NCBI RefSeq assembly: GCF_009914755.1
Contig: NC_060938.1
DNA length: 64,000 bases
Direction: 5' to 3' (one strand)
Origin: the human T2T-CHM13v2.0 reference genome, Homo sapiens
Shown: positions 63,986-64,000 of the stretch, piece by piece
Layout of the letters: every line of letters starts with the position of its first letter
Numbering within the stretch: the stretch's first letter is position 1
Notes under the pieces: generated by a model
Told to the model about the DNA's origin: nothing
Seen by the model: the letters and a program-made list of their open reading frames with translations, nothing else
Databases searched by the model: none
Position numbers and translations under genes: made by a program

Positions 63986-64000
63986 ATGTGACGAACAAAC

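Overview
Primate, almost certainly human, genomic DNA lying entirely inside the ITPK1 gene (inositol-tetrakisphosphate 1-kinase / Ins(1,3,4)P3 5/6-kinase, ATP-grasp fold) on the minus strand. Seven coding exons splice through GT-AG junctions into one continuous frame: 53870-53987, 22743-22841, 22347-22387, 18193-18358, 11938-12005, 6323-6485 and 1553-1896 (118+99+41+166+68+163+344 nt). Together they encode about residues 83-414, ending ATKASSQ*. Exon numbers (5-11) and residue numbers are from my recollection of the human gene. The 3' UTR runs off the left edge and the 5' exons lie beyond the right edge. The rest is intron packed with Alu, L1, L2, MIR, MaLR/ERVL LTRs (including a complete MSTA-type provirus with intact target-site duplication) and DNA-transposon fossils; subfamily calls are from remembered consensus sequences, not a RepeatMasker run. 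I found no evidence for a new multi-gene system. The best leads are small-scale hypotheses: a stop-free, in-frame, L2-derived candidate cassette exon; a THE1 LTR with an intact DUX4 site; an EGR-motif minisatellite; two templated-looking local duplications; a reciprocal 32-bp deletion/duplication in neighbouring Alus; and a nested tail-to-tail Alu hairpin.
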